This document shows, one piece after another, positions 52,301 through 63,967 of a stretch of DNA of 63,967 nt. This DNA is from Macrostomum lignano (taxonomy: Eukaryota). The stretch is taken from NCBI GenBank assembly GCA_002269645.1, contig NIVC01004024.1:1-63967 (forward strand), given 5' to 3'. Below the pieces are notes generated by a model, which was given only the letters and a program-made list of their open reading frames with translations, ran no database searches and was not told the DNA's origin. The position numbers and the translations under genes were made by a program. Position 1 is the stretch's first letter. Every line of letters starts with the position of its first letter.

Positions 52301-54170
52301 AACCTCTCTCTAGAATAGATGAGCACTAAGTAGACTGACTGTGCAGGACAAGTGGTAATTAAACGAGATCACCTTTACAAATCACCTGTAGAAGATGGGC
52401 AGAGATGAGATTTTATTGCTCCCGCACTCTATTTTTAATAAAAAAGGAACTTCATGACTGATCTTTCCATTTTACGCCTACACAGATTCACTTGGATAGG
52501 TCTCATTGATGATTGATGATTGGTTAATAATGTCTAGTAGACATTGACCCAAATCGCTGCTTGACCCAAGCACACCTTGACCCAAGCACACCTTGACCCA
52601 AATCTCTGCTTGACCCAAGCACACCTTGACCCAAATCTCTGCTTGACCCAAGCACACCTTGACCCAAATCCCTGCTTGACCCACGCACACCTTGACCCAA
52701 ATCTCTGCTTGACCCAAGCACACCTTGACCCAAATCTCTGCTTGACCCAAGCACACCTTGACCCAAATCCCTGCTTGACCCAAGCACACCTTGACCCAAA
52801 TCCCTGCTTGACCCAAGCACACCTTGACCCAAATCCCTGCTTGACCCAAGCACACCTTGACCCAAATCCCTGCTTGACCCAAGCACACCTTGACCCAAAT
52901 CCCTGCTTGACCCAAGCACACCTTGACCCAAATCCCTGCTTGACCCAAGCACACCTTGACCCAAATCTCTGCTTGACCCAAGCACACCTTGACCCAAATC
53001 CCTGCTTGACCCAAGCACACCTTGACCCAAATCCCTGCTTGACCCAAGCACACCTTGACCCAAATCCCTGCTTGACCCAAGCACACCTTGACCCAAATCC
53101 CTGCTTGACCCAAGCACACCTTGACCCAAATCTCTGCTTGACCCAAGCACACCTTGACCCAAATCCCTGCTTGACCCAAGCACACCTTGACCCAAATCCC
53201 TGCTTGACCCAAGCACACCTTGACCCAAATCCCTGCTTGACCCAAGCACACCTTGACCCAAATCCCTGCTTGACCCAAGCACACCTTGACCCAAATCCCT
53301 GCTTGACCCAAGCACACCTTGACCCAAATCTCTGCTTGACCCAAGCACACCTTGACCCAAATCTCTGCTTGACCCAAGCACACCTTGACCCAAATCCCTG
53401 CTTGACCCAAGCACACCTTGACCCAAATCCCTGCTTGACCCAAGCACACCTTGACCCAAATCCCTGCTTGACCCAAGCACACCTTGACCCAAATCCCTGC
53501 TTGACCCAAGCACACCTTGACCCAAATCTCTGCTTGACCCAAGCACACCTTGACCCAAATCTCTGCTTGACCCAAGCACACCTTGACCCAAATCCCTGCT
53601 TGACCCAAGCACACCTTGACCCAAATCCCTGCTTGACCCAAGCACACCTTGACCCAAATCCCTGCTTGACCCAAGCACACCTTGACCCAAATCCCTGCTT
53701 GACCCAAGCACACCTTGACCCAAATCCCTGCTTGACCCAAGCACACCTTGACCCAAATCCCTGCTTGACCCAAGCACACCTTGACCCAAATCCCTGCTTG
53801 ACCCAAGCACACCTTGACCCAAATCCCTGCTTGACCCAAGCACACCTTGACCCAAATCCCTGCTTGACCCAAGCACACCTTGACCCAAATCCCTGCTTGA
53901 CCCAAGCACACCTTGACCCAAATCCCTGCTTGACCCAAGCACACCTTGACCCAAATCCCTGCTTGACCCAAGCACACCTTGACCCAAATCTCTGCTTGAC
54001 CCAAGCACACCTTGACCCAAATCCCTGCTTGACCCAAGCACACCTTGACCCAAATCTCTGCTTGACCCAAGCACACCTTGACCCAAATCGCTGCCACCTC
54101 CCGCAGAGCGAAGCGCTGGTGGCCGGTGCGCAGCTGGGGCATGCCGCTGGAGCAGGTGGAGATCCGTTGA
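46341..54170 (+). CDS. Candidate secreted prepropeptide (neuropeptide-precursor-like), 2 exons, 99 aa
   Basis: Exon 1 (46341-46576) has a signal-peptide-like MPMLVKLIFPLLLLHCCSC, an internal RR site and a phase-2 GTGAGG donor. Exon 2 (54107-54170) follows CCTCCCGCAG and gives KAKRWWPVRSWGMPLEQVEIR* in the matching phase, with almost entirely G/C-ending codons. AATAAA lies at ~54239. No homologue recognised. Confidence 0.5.
46780..51028 (-). mobile_element. Ty3/gypsy LTR retrotransposon (Mag/K02A2.6-like), 4249 bp, structurally complete ends but a defective coding region
   Basis: LTRs at 46780-47004 (225 bp) and 50807-51028 (222 bp) have TG..CA ends and are identical apart from a 3-bp indel. 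5-bp TSD ATATC. PBS-like TGGCGTCGC next to the 5' LTR and PPT GGGGAGAA next to the 3' LTR. Domain order gag-PR-RT-RH-IN. Confidence 0.97.
47122..50768 (-). pseudogene. Disrupted gag-pol of the gypsy element
   Basis: Gag starts MAANFLSLPPPEPF at 50768. There is a +1 A near 50475. Zn knuckles CYRCGEKGHATC and CHNCGKPNHLALAC, protease MIDSGAS, RT LDIRKAFYQI..WAHDD, RNase H VDASPIGLGAIL..TDHRPL. An in-frame deletion near 48150 joins NPADL to QTKVWWP. A 7-nt insertion near 47995 precedes the integrase core DFYGP..TDNGPPF..ATERVNR. Confidence 0.93.
52545..54088. repeat. 33-bp minisatellite (CTTGACCCAAGCACACCTTGACCCAAATCCCTG), ~46 copies
   Basis: Highly homogeneous; ends 18 nt before the acceptor at 54106. 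Confidence 0.98.
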
Positions 54171-54889
54171 ATTCGCCAGCTGTTTAGCAGTTCCAAAACT
54201 CGAATTTTGCCTCTGCGAATACCATTTGCAAAAGCAGTAAATAAATTGTTTGGCAAAGTTTGCCCCACTGACAATTTACCTGGCGCTCCATGGAGACTCG
54301 CTGATTACCTGTGCTGGCTGAACTGTTTCCTGCTGAGAGCAAACTCGCTTTGTTGGGCCTTCTGAAGCCAAAGCAATCTGACTCAAGCCGGGCGTGACTG
54401 CCGGCCCCGTTATGGAAATAATTGATTAACTATTGGGGTGAGGCTTCCAAGAGACCAGAAATTCAGCAGCAAAGCTGAGAAACACGAAAGCAGTGAGAGC
54501 AGATTGTGAAACTCGGAACCTATGGATTTGTTCGGTCTGTTTGAATATCTACAGATTTGAATAAAATGAAAATTGAACATCTATAGATCCATAGGACATC
54601 TGTGCATCTATAGATGTAGATTAGATACCCGAATTACGGGAGAATATCTGTGCCTAATCCCAACAGTCTCACTTCGTACTCAAATCATATATTTATGAAT
54701 AATAATTGTATGTTTGGCATGTGGCACTGCAAGCACTGACCTTCCCGTGACCTCTACCAGCCCGAACTCACTGGGCCAACAGAAGCAGCGCAGTGCGAAC
54801 TCTGCACGGGCAAAAAAATAATTAAAAAAGCGCTGCGCACTGATCTTGAACTGCAAAATTAAAGCTGGGGCTCTTGAAGCAGCAAAAAA

Positions 54890-56460
54890 ATGGCACAGCA
54901 GCAACAGCAGAAATCGGCTGCAACTCGAACTATTGCCATCTGTGTAGATGGAAGTCAGCATAGCAACCAGGTGAGTGCCTTGGTAACTGCGACTGCAGCT
55001 GGACTGCAGCGACTGGAGAAGGAGCAGCTAGTGACAGAGGTGACCCACCTGAGCAGCTAGTGACAGAGGTGACCCACCTGAGCAGCCAGTGACTGAGGTG
55101 ACCCACCTGAGCAGCCAGTGACTAACTGAGGTGACCCACCTGAGCAGCCAGTGACTGAGGTGACCCACCTGAGCAGTCAGTGACTAACTGAGGTGACCCA
55201 CCTGAGCAGTCAGTGACTAACTGAGGTGACCCACCTGAGCAGTCAGTGACTAACTGAGGTGACCCACCTGAGCAGTCAGTGACTAACTGAGGTGACCCAC
55301 CTGAGCAGTCAGTGACTAACTGAGGTGACCCACCTGAGCAGTCAGTGACTAACTGAGGTGACCCACCTGAGCAGTCAGTGACTAACTGAGGTGACCCACC
55401 TGAGCAGTCAGTGACTAACTGAGGTGACCCACCTGAGCAGTCAGTGACTAACTGAGGTGACCCACCTGAGCAGTCAGTGACTAACTGAGGTGACCCACCC
55501 GAGCAGTCAGTGACTAACTGAGGTGACCCACCTGAGCAGTGACTAACTGAGGTGACCCACCTGAGCAGTGACTAACTGAGGTGACCCACCTGAGCAGTGA
55601 CTAACTGAGGTGACCCACCTGAGCAGTCAGTGACTAACTGAGGTGACCCACCCGAGCAGTCAGTGACTAACTGAGGTGACCCACCTGAGCAGTGACTAAC
55701 TGAGGTGACCCACCTGAGCAGTGATTAACTGAGGTGACCCACCTGAGCAGTGACTAACTGAGGTGACCCACCCGAGCAGTCAGTGACTAACTAAAGTGAC
55801 CCACCTGAGCAGTGACTAACTGAGGTGACCCACCTGAGCAGTCAGTGACTAACTGAGGTGACCCACCCGAGCAGTGACTAACTGAGGTGACCCACCTGAG
55901 CAGTGACTAACTGAGGTGACCCACCTGAGCAGTGACTAACTGAGGTGACCCACCTGAGCAGTGACTAACTGAGGTGACCCACCTGAGCGGCCGAGGCCTC
56001 CACCCCACCGCAGGCCTTGGCTTTCTATGCCAGCCGGCTCGCCCGACCCTCCGACCGAGTCCAGCTGCTCAGCGTTGTCGACCCGCCGTCGATGACCTCC
56101 GCGTCCACCCTCGCTGCCGCCACGGCCGACCGCTTCGAGGACGCCTGGCAGCGCCGGCTGCAGCAGTCGGCCGAGCTCGAGTCGATGGTTCGAAGGACGC
56201 TCAGCGACCTGCTGGCCGACAGCAAACGCCCGAACTCAGATGATGGCGCCGTCGAGTTTCACCAGCGGGTGTCGGCCGAGGTCGGCGCCACGCTGTGCCA
56301 GCTGGCGCTCAGCCTGCAGCCAGCGGTGCTGATCGTTGGCTGCCGCGGCCACGGCGTCCTGCGCCGCACCGTGCTTGGCTCGGTGTCCGGCTACCTGCTG
56401 CACCACAGCCAGACCCCCGTCATCGTGGTGCCGGCGGGGCACCGGGCCTGCGGCCAGTGA
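54890..56460 (+). CDS. Universal stress protein (USP/UspA family), 2 exons, 175 aa
   Basis: Exons 54890-54970 (TIAICVDGSQHS, GTGAGT donor) and 56014-56460. ATP-binding-type motif G-CR-G-HGVLRRTVL-GS, then YLLHHSQTPVIVVP. Confidence 0.92.
55019..55987. repeat. 29/33-bp intronic minisatellite (GAGCAGTCAGTGACTAACTGAGGTGACCCACCT)
   Basis: About 30 units filling the USP intron. Confidence 0.97.
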
Positions 56461-56589
56461 GCTGCCAGCGAGGACCCAATGCATCGCTGATTCTGCGGTC
56501 TGCGATGAAATCTCGGCGCGTTGCATGATAACTGTGATGAGTGCACCCGAATTCTGCTTGTGATTGGGTCAGGTGGTCGGCTGCCTCCT

Positions 56590-57318
56590 CTCCTGCATTC
56601 ACTCAGCTGCCCCTCCCGCATTCACTCAGCTGCCCTCCCGCATTCACTCAGCTACCCTCCCGCATTCACTCAGCTGCCCCTCCCGCATTCACTCAGCTGC
56701 CCTCCCGCATTCACTCAGCTGCCCCTCCCGCATTCACTCAGCTGCCCTCCCGCATTCACTCAGCTGCCCTCCCGCATTCACTCAGCTGCCCCTCCCGCAT
56801 TCACTCAGCTGCCCTCCCGCATTCACTCAGCTGCCCTCCCGCATTCACTCAGCTGCCCTCCCGCATTCACTCAGCTGCCCTCCCGCATTCACTCAGCTGC
56901 CCTCCCGCATTCACTCAGCTGCCCCTCCCGCATTCACTCAGCTGCCCTCCCGCATTCACTCAGCTGCCCTCCTGCATTCACTCAGCTGCCCTCCCGCATT
57001 CACTCAGCTGCCCTCCCGCATTCACTCAGCTGCCCCTCCCTGCATTCACTCAGCTGCCCCTCCCGCATTCACTCAGCTGCCCTCCCGCATTCACTCAGCT
57101 ACCCTCCCGCATTCACTCAGCTGCCCCTCCCGCATTCACTCAGCTGCCCTCCCGCATTCACTCAGCTGCCCCTCCCGCATTCACTCAGCTGCCCTCCCGC
57201 ATTCACTCAGCTACCCTCCCGCATTCACTCAGCTGCCCTCCCGCATTCACTCAGCTGCCCCTCCCGCATTCACTCAGCTGCCCCTCCCGCATTCACTCAG
57301 CTGCCCTCCCGCATTCCC
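56590..57318. repeat. 22-23-bp minisatellite (CTCCCGCATTCACTCAGCTGCC)
   Basis: About 32 units downstream of USP. Confidence 0.96.
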
Positions 57319-58169
57319 TCCCCAAGCAACAGGTACGCGCGTATTACGCGCATGTTTTGGTAATTCTGTACGCGCGTAAGCGAACGCACAAAATACGCGC
57401 CTCTGGTAACACAGAAAATACGCTGTAATAACGCAATGCTCACTGCAGACTGGTACAGGAACCGGACTAACCATACATGTATATGTAGGTCCCGCGGATT
57501 CGTTTATTCATGTAAGCGTACTTAATTGTCATAAGGCTTTAATTACATCGAATAACCCAGAAGGAACGTTAGCTGAGCCAATCCAAGGCTGAAGTTGCTT
57601 TTAGTAAATAAAGTATGGGAAAAATCAAGACAAATATTGGTCAGTTTATGCATCAAAATGCTAGCTCGTAGGAACGTTGCCACTCGTAGAACGAACGGAC
57701 TCGTAGAAATTAACGAGTGATTATTAAACATAAAAGAAAAAGCCGCAAAAGCACACGAAAGGATACATGTACACAATTCTGACCAAGTTGAAAAAGTGAA
57801 AAGTAAAAGGATTTAGATTAACAATTATTTCCAAACAATAAGCAACTAAATCTAGTTAAATAAGCGAATATAAATGTAAAAAGGAAACAAAAATAAAACA
57901 ATCTTTTTGTTTTTTCAAAAGCCTTTGAGGCCATTTAAGCTTGAAATACAAAAATCCAAAGTAACCAAATGAATGCATGATATAATGTATCATATATATT
58001 TTAATATATCGCTATCTAGCTATAATTATCTAATTAGATATAAGTCATATAAAGCAAAGTAATCCATAAAACAAATGTTGCATGCTCCAGATTACATGCA
58101 GTTGTCTTTAGTCTAACTATAATGTTGACACGAAACACATGCTGAGTATGCTATATAACTCACTCCCTT

Positions 58170-60303
58170 AGGGTGTCACTCCCTAATCCAGCCGGGTGTC
58201 ACTCCCTAATCCAGCCGGGTGTTACTGTCTAATCCAGCCGGGTGTCACTCCCTAATCCAGCCGGGTGTCACTCCCTAATCCAGCCGGGTGTTACTCCCTA
58301 ATCCAGCCGGGTGTCACTCCCTAATCCAGCCAGGTGTCACCCCCTAATCCAGCCAGGTGTCACCCCCTAATCCAGCCAGGTGTCACCCCCTAATCCAGCC
58401 GGGTGTCACCCCCTAATCCAGCCGGGTGTCACTCCCTAATCCAGCCGGGTGTCACCCCCTAATCCAGCCAGGTGTCACTCCCTAATCCAGCCAGGTGTCA
58501 CCCCCTAATCCAGCCAGGTGTCACCCCCTAATCCAGCCAGGTGTCACTCCCTAATCCAGCCGGGTGTCACCCCCTAATCCAGCCGGGTGTCACTCCCTAA
58601 TCCAGCCAGGTGTCACCCCCTAATCCAGCCAGGTGTCACTCCCTAATCCAGCCAGGTGTCACCCCCTAATCCAGCCGGGTGTCACTCCCTAATCCAGCCG
58701 GGTGTCACTCCCTAATCCAGCCTGGTGTTACTGTCTAATCCAGCCAGGTGTCACTCCCTAATCCAGCCTGGTGTTACTGTCTAATCCAGCCGGGTGTCAC
58801 TCCCTAATCCAGCCGGGTGTCACTCCCTAATCCAGCCGGGTGTCACTCCCTAATCCAGCCGGGTGTCACTCCCTATTCCAGCCGGGTGTCACTCCCTAAT
58901 CCAGCCGGGTGTCACCCCCTAATCCAGCCAGGTGTCACTCCCTAATCCAGCCGGGTGTCATTCCCTAATCCAGCCGGGTGTCACTCCCTAATCCAGCCAG
59001 GTGTCACTCCCTAATCCAGCCAGGTGTCACCCCCTAATCCAGCCGGGTGTCACTCCCTAATCCAGCCGGGTGTCACTCCCTAATCCAGCCGGGTGTCACT
59101 CCCTAATCCAGCCGGGTGTCACCCCCTAATCCAGCCGGGTGTCACTCCCTAATCCAGCCGGGTGTCACTCCCTAATCCAGCCGGGTGTCACTCCCTAATC
59201 CAGCCAGGTGTCACCCCCTAATCCAGCCAGGTGTCACCCCCTAATCCAGCCAGGTGTCACTCCCTAATCCAGCCGGGTGTCATTCCCTAATCCAGCCGGG
59301 TGTCACTCCCTAATCCAGCCAGGTGTCACCCCCTAATCCAGCCGGGTGTCACTCCCTAATCCAGCCGGGTGTCACTCCCTAATCCAGCCGGGTGTTACTC
59401 CCTAATCCAGCCGGGTGTCACTCCCTAATCCAGCCAGGTGTCACCCCCTAATCCAGCCAGGTGTCACCCCCTAATCCAGCCAGGTGTCACTCCCTAATCC
59501 AGCCGGGTGTCATTCCCTAATCCAGCCGGGTGTCACTCCCTAATCCAGCCGGGTGTCACTCCCTAATCCAGCCGGGTGTCACCCCCTAATCCAGCCGGGT
59601 GTTACTGTCTAATCCAGCCGGGTGTCACCCCCTAATCCAGCCGGGTGTCACTCCCTAATCCAGCCGGGTGTCACCCCCTAATCCAGCCGGGTGTTACTCC
59701 CTAATCCAGCCGGGTGTTACTCCCTAATCCAGCCGGGTGTCACTCCCTAATCCAGCCGGGTGTCACTCCCTAATCCAGCCGGGTGTCACTCCCTAATCCA
59801 GCCGGGTGTCACTCCCTAATTCAGCCGGGTGTCACTCCCTAATCCAGCCGGGTGTCACTCCCTAATCCAGCCGGGTGTTACTGTCTAATCCAGCCGGGTG
59901 TCACTCCCTAATCCAGCCGGGTGTCACTCCCTAATCCAGCCGGGTGTCACTCCCTAATCCAGCCAGGTTTCACTCCCTAATCCAGCCGGGTGTCACTCCC
60001 TAATCCAGCCGGGTGTCACTCCCTAATCCAGCCGGGTGTCACTCCCTAATCCAGCCGGGTGTTACTGTCTAATCCAGCCAGGTGTCACTCCCTAATCCAG
60101 CCGGGTGTCACTCCCTAATCCAGCCGGGTGTCACTCCCTAATCCAGCCGGGTGTCACTCCCTAATCCAGCCGGGTGTCACTCCCTAATCCAGCCGGGTGT
60201 CACTCCCTAATCCAGCCTGGTGTTACTGTCTAATCCAGCCGGGTGTCACCCCTAATCCAGCCGGGTGTCACTCCCTAATCCAGCCGGGTGTTACTGTCTA
60301 ATC
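58170..60303. repeat. 23-bp minisatellite (GTCACTCCCTAATCCAGCCGGGT), ~92 copies
   Basis: Intergenic between USP and calpain. Confidence 0.98.
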
Positions 60304-61742
60304 AGCTACTCTGATGGCGGTCGGTTCTGTTGCTGCATGCACTCGCACTGTAGGCAAAGAGCAGCTCATTAGTCTCTTACAAATCTTATGCAGCTGCAAG
60401 TAGCCACTGCAGTTTAGGCTTACTAAAGTTGCTCTAAAAATAAAAAAATTAAATTTTAAATTTAACTTTCTGTCTACACTACTCGTAGTTGCATACGGTA
60501 GCTATTTCAAGCCTATCGCAAGTAGCAATTACGAATGAGCAACGAACTTCAAAGTCAAGAAACGGAATTCAATTTTTTTAGTGAAAATTTCTGAAAATCC
60601 AAAAATAAACTCGCATTTATTTATTATTCTCGCGCCTCCCACGGCCAGATATGGACAGGAGCGGGCAGAACCAGCGATAAAGAAACTCGCACAGCTATTA
60701 AGGTAAAAGTTGGGTAACTCGGGTGGCTAGAGAGAACTTGACCGATTTTAATGAAAGTACAAACTGTCCGAGGATAAACAAAAATGTAAATATAAAATCG
60801 GAGTGAATGAAACTGGTTAATTCGGAGTTATTGGCACCTATAATCGGTTGCTAGGGAATTAATAAGGCAGACAATCAATAAGTATGCCAGTATTGAGCAG
60901 CGAGGCAGTCTGGAAAAGAAGTTATAGGAAAAATCTGCCACTGGATAAATTCTTAAGGTAAGTTAGGAAGCAATACAAATTATCACGTTTTAAATAGAAG
61001 TGTCTTTACAGTCCCAGATGGATAGCAACTCATGTGTGAAATTAAAATATTTAGATTAAGATAACTCTAATAGATGAGTCACCTTTAACACTCAAGAAGT
61101 TACTGTATTCACCTGTGTGATTCAATGTAGAAAAACAAACCGCCCATGGCATTAACGGGACGGACTGATTTAGCGCGCAATCTGATTGCAGGAGTCTAGC
61201 ACTAGTCTAGTCGTTGCAGCAGCGCGCTCATTCAATTCAGTCAGTATTCCTATGATACCCGGTACGTGTGCTTTGTATCTACAAGCTACGTTGGTCTAAA
61301 TTGTCATCATTTCGAACCGATCGATTGCAAATCCCTCCAACTAATCAGTGGTTAATCAATGGGATAGGCAAAGTGGATCCAGGAGATGTGCGCCATTCGT
61401 CGGTGTGAGCACTATAAATATACATGAAAATAGACATGCGCGCTTCTGTCATACACGCTTATTTAGCACTCCGCAAAAACAATTTTTTGATTAACAAAAA
61501 ATAGCCTACTGTAAAAAATACATATGATATTCGACATTCGCCTGGGCATAAAGGGAGCTGGGCAGAAACACTGGGATTCATAGTAAAAAATAGCAAAGCC
61601 ATCGGCCAGTGATCCCGCGAATAAATAGGCCTACTATAGAAATGATACAACTAATCGAGCTTCAGAACAGCTTCTTCAATAAACTGAAATTATTACTGGT
61701 CCCTCAAGCTAGTCAGAAGAGCAGTCATTTAACGCGACGCTC

Positions 61743-63109
61743 TCAGTCCTCGGTGAGCACACGAAGCAGGAATTCCAGCTTCGGGCCGTCGAACTCTCCG
61801 ATGACTTTCGGCACCACCGTGTAGCGACCGGGCGGCAAGGTGACGCGCCGCACACAGGTTCGCATATTTTCGCTCGCCTGCTGCTGGATGTGCGTCACCA
61901 GAGTGTTCGACTTGTAGATGTAGACGCCTTTGGTGGCGAAGCGTTGACTATCTCGCGGCAGGTGTCGCTGATCCGGCTCCTCGATGCTGACTACGGCGGT
62001 GGCCAGCTGGTCATAGTCTGTCTTGCGGTCAGTGAAAACCATTTCGTACCTTTTGTTCTGCAAGAAGGCGCTCGTCATGTCCTGGCCCTTGATCCACTCG
62101 CCATGCAGGTAGTTTCCGTTCCATTCCGAACCGGTCGTTCCACTGTCCACGTTCTTCGCCAGGTGAAGGACCGTCACCTGTGAGAAGAACTCCATGAAGT
62201 CTCGCACCTCCATCCAGTTTTGTCCATCAGCTCTTTTGACCAGCTCTACCTTGGACATCTGCTCGTTTGTCCAGTCCGGATCGAAATCGCTCCACAGACC
62301 GCGCCACTCGACTCCAGCGAGCGGTCCCCAAGGGTTGCTGATGCGAATCAGGCTGACTGACCGGCCGTGTTGCTGGACTCTCTCCACACCAGTCACTGCG
62401 TAGGCATGGGACGGGCTCAATCCAACATTTTTGGATATCCGAAGGCTTTTGTCAGTTAGTCTGTTTTCAGACTTTGTCCCCGCTCCGATCAGCAGTTTCT
62501 TAGCGACGCACTTTTCAAGGTAGCTGGAAACGAGCCACTCCTCGTTCGGATACCAGAAAAACCGCTCGCACACACCGCCTGTCAGGTCGGCCAGGCTTTC
62601 CAATATAAAGCCTCCTTCCAGAGCTTCGTAGCAGCCGTGCAGCTTGGCCAGAGCCTTCTCCAGCAGACAGACCCAGTATTCTCCCTTGTAAGGTCTGGCG
62701 TACACGGGCCCATCCTTGTCCGTGGGAAGCCGGTCGTCCACCATGATTTCCACCTCGCGTCCGAACGGTCTGAACCGGAAGCGGAAGGCACCGCGGTACT
62801 GGCTGCCGCTCATCACCTGGGCCTTGTTGACCATCTTGGCCATCAGGTCCTTCCGTTCGGTCAGGGCGGCAACGGACGCCAAAATCCAGCAGTTTCCTAA
62901 CAGTCCTGGTTGATGTCCGAGATGGAGAAGCCGTCTTTGATGAACTTCGCATTCGTTCCGTGAATTTCGCTAGGTCGACGCCACGTAAAGCCGCTCTTCT
63001 TCTCTGCGAACGAGATGGCTCGATCATCAGCTGGAAATTCGGGATCTTCAAACAGCTTCCCGGACTTTTGCAGATCGAGGATAATCTTTGCGTTCTGTAC
63101 CACGTTCAT
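61743..63109 (-). CDS. Intronless calpain (CysPc + C2-like domain III, no penta-EF hand); apparent 1-nt frameshift
   Basis: LFEDPEFPA..WRRPSEI..DINQ. Restoring one G near 62905 gives QGLLGNCWILAS (catalytic Cys). Also WVCLLEKALAKLHGCYEALEGG, SHAYAVTG (His), ISNPWG (Asn), W/M..DFMEFF, and domain III PGRYTVVP..EFLLRVLTE. Confidence 0.9.
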
Positions 63110-63967
63110 AGCTCTGCAAGAGTTTCTAAAAAGTAATCAGTTTTACTACGAGCGAATGTCTGTATAGCAAACTTCCAGTATCAAAAGTGTGGCTTTTATA
63201 AAGAAAGTCTCGTACGAGTGCACTAGTTTTGTTAAAAAAATTGATAAACACTCCATTTTTGTTTATGCGCTCGACCTCAAAAAGTTCGCCTGACCATCTC
63301 GTGACTGCATGGTCGAGTGTGACCGATACACAACATATTTACTTCGCTCATACACCGATTTGAGATGAATAGATGGTGGGGAGTCTGACTCTTTGTCTCG
63401 TTGCATTTCTTTTCGTTTCCATTTTCTTTCTCGCTGCCTTCGTCGGTTACACAAGACAACCAGGAGTGCTTCCGCTGCTGACCTTCTGCAAGCCAATGAC
63501 TTTATCTGTTTTCTGCCGCCTCCACTTCTTACCCAAAATGGAAAAAATTAAAAGCTGTTTTTCAGAAACGCAGTTTCAGTTTCTTTCTAGGGCAATCCAA
63601 CTGCTTCACCGCGGTTCTAATTTTACCTCCAACCTTGCATATTCCCCAAACCTTAAGTCAAAATTGTCAAAACATAATAAACAAGAGTCGCATCACGCCA
63701 CTGCATCGAAATGAAAACATTGCACTGTTCTGTTCTATTACATTATCTGCTTGCGAGAAATTCTTTCTACCCCTTACATCAACACTCACTTGCATCATTA
63801 TAAAAGTGCCGCCTCTTTCTGTCTCCAATTCCAATGCATCAAGTCGGTCACTACAAAAACCTCTTATTTCCGTTTCATAACGTTTCCTGTTAGAAGCTGC
63901 TCAAAATGAACATTGAGCGCAACGAGCCATCGTTCAGCAACTCCGCAAATCTGGCAAGCTGTACGTG

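Overview
Eukaryotic (animal) genomic DNA with GC-rich exons and spliceosomal GT-AG introns; almost every intron holds its own minisatellite. This style, together with MVP and a universal stress protein, suggests a spiralian, most likely a free-living flatworm such as Macrostomum (inference only). I reconstructed genes by hand using phase-consistent splice sites. Minus strand: a partial Rel/NF-kB-like gene, mitochondrial IF2 (6 exons), Abl kinase (6 exons) and an intronless calpain. Plus strand: major vault protein (8 exons), a threonine/serine dehydratase with an ACT domain (7 exons), a candidate two-exon secreted prepropeptide, and a USP (2 exons). Mobile DNA comprises a young but defective Ty3/gypsy element (near-identical LTRs, 5-bp TSD), a hAT-like MITE (14-bp TIR, 8-bp TSD) carrying a 21-bp minisatellite, and four copies of a tRNA-derived SINE. 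Most long ORFs in the supplied track are artefacts of tandem repeats. I found no single clearly new multi-gene system. The best leads are the divergent Rel-domain gene, the split prepropeptide and the intron/minisatellite architecture.
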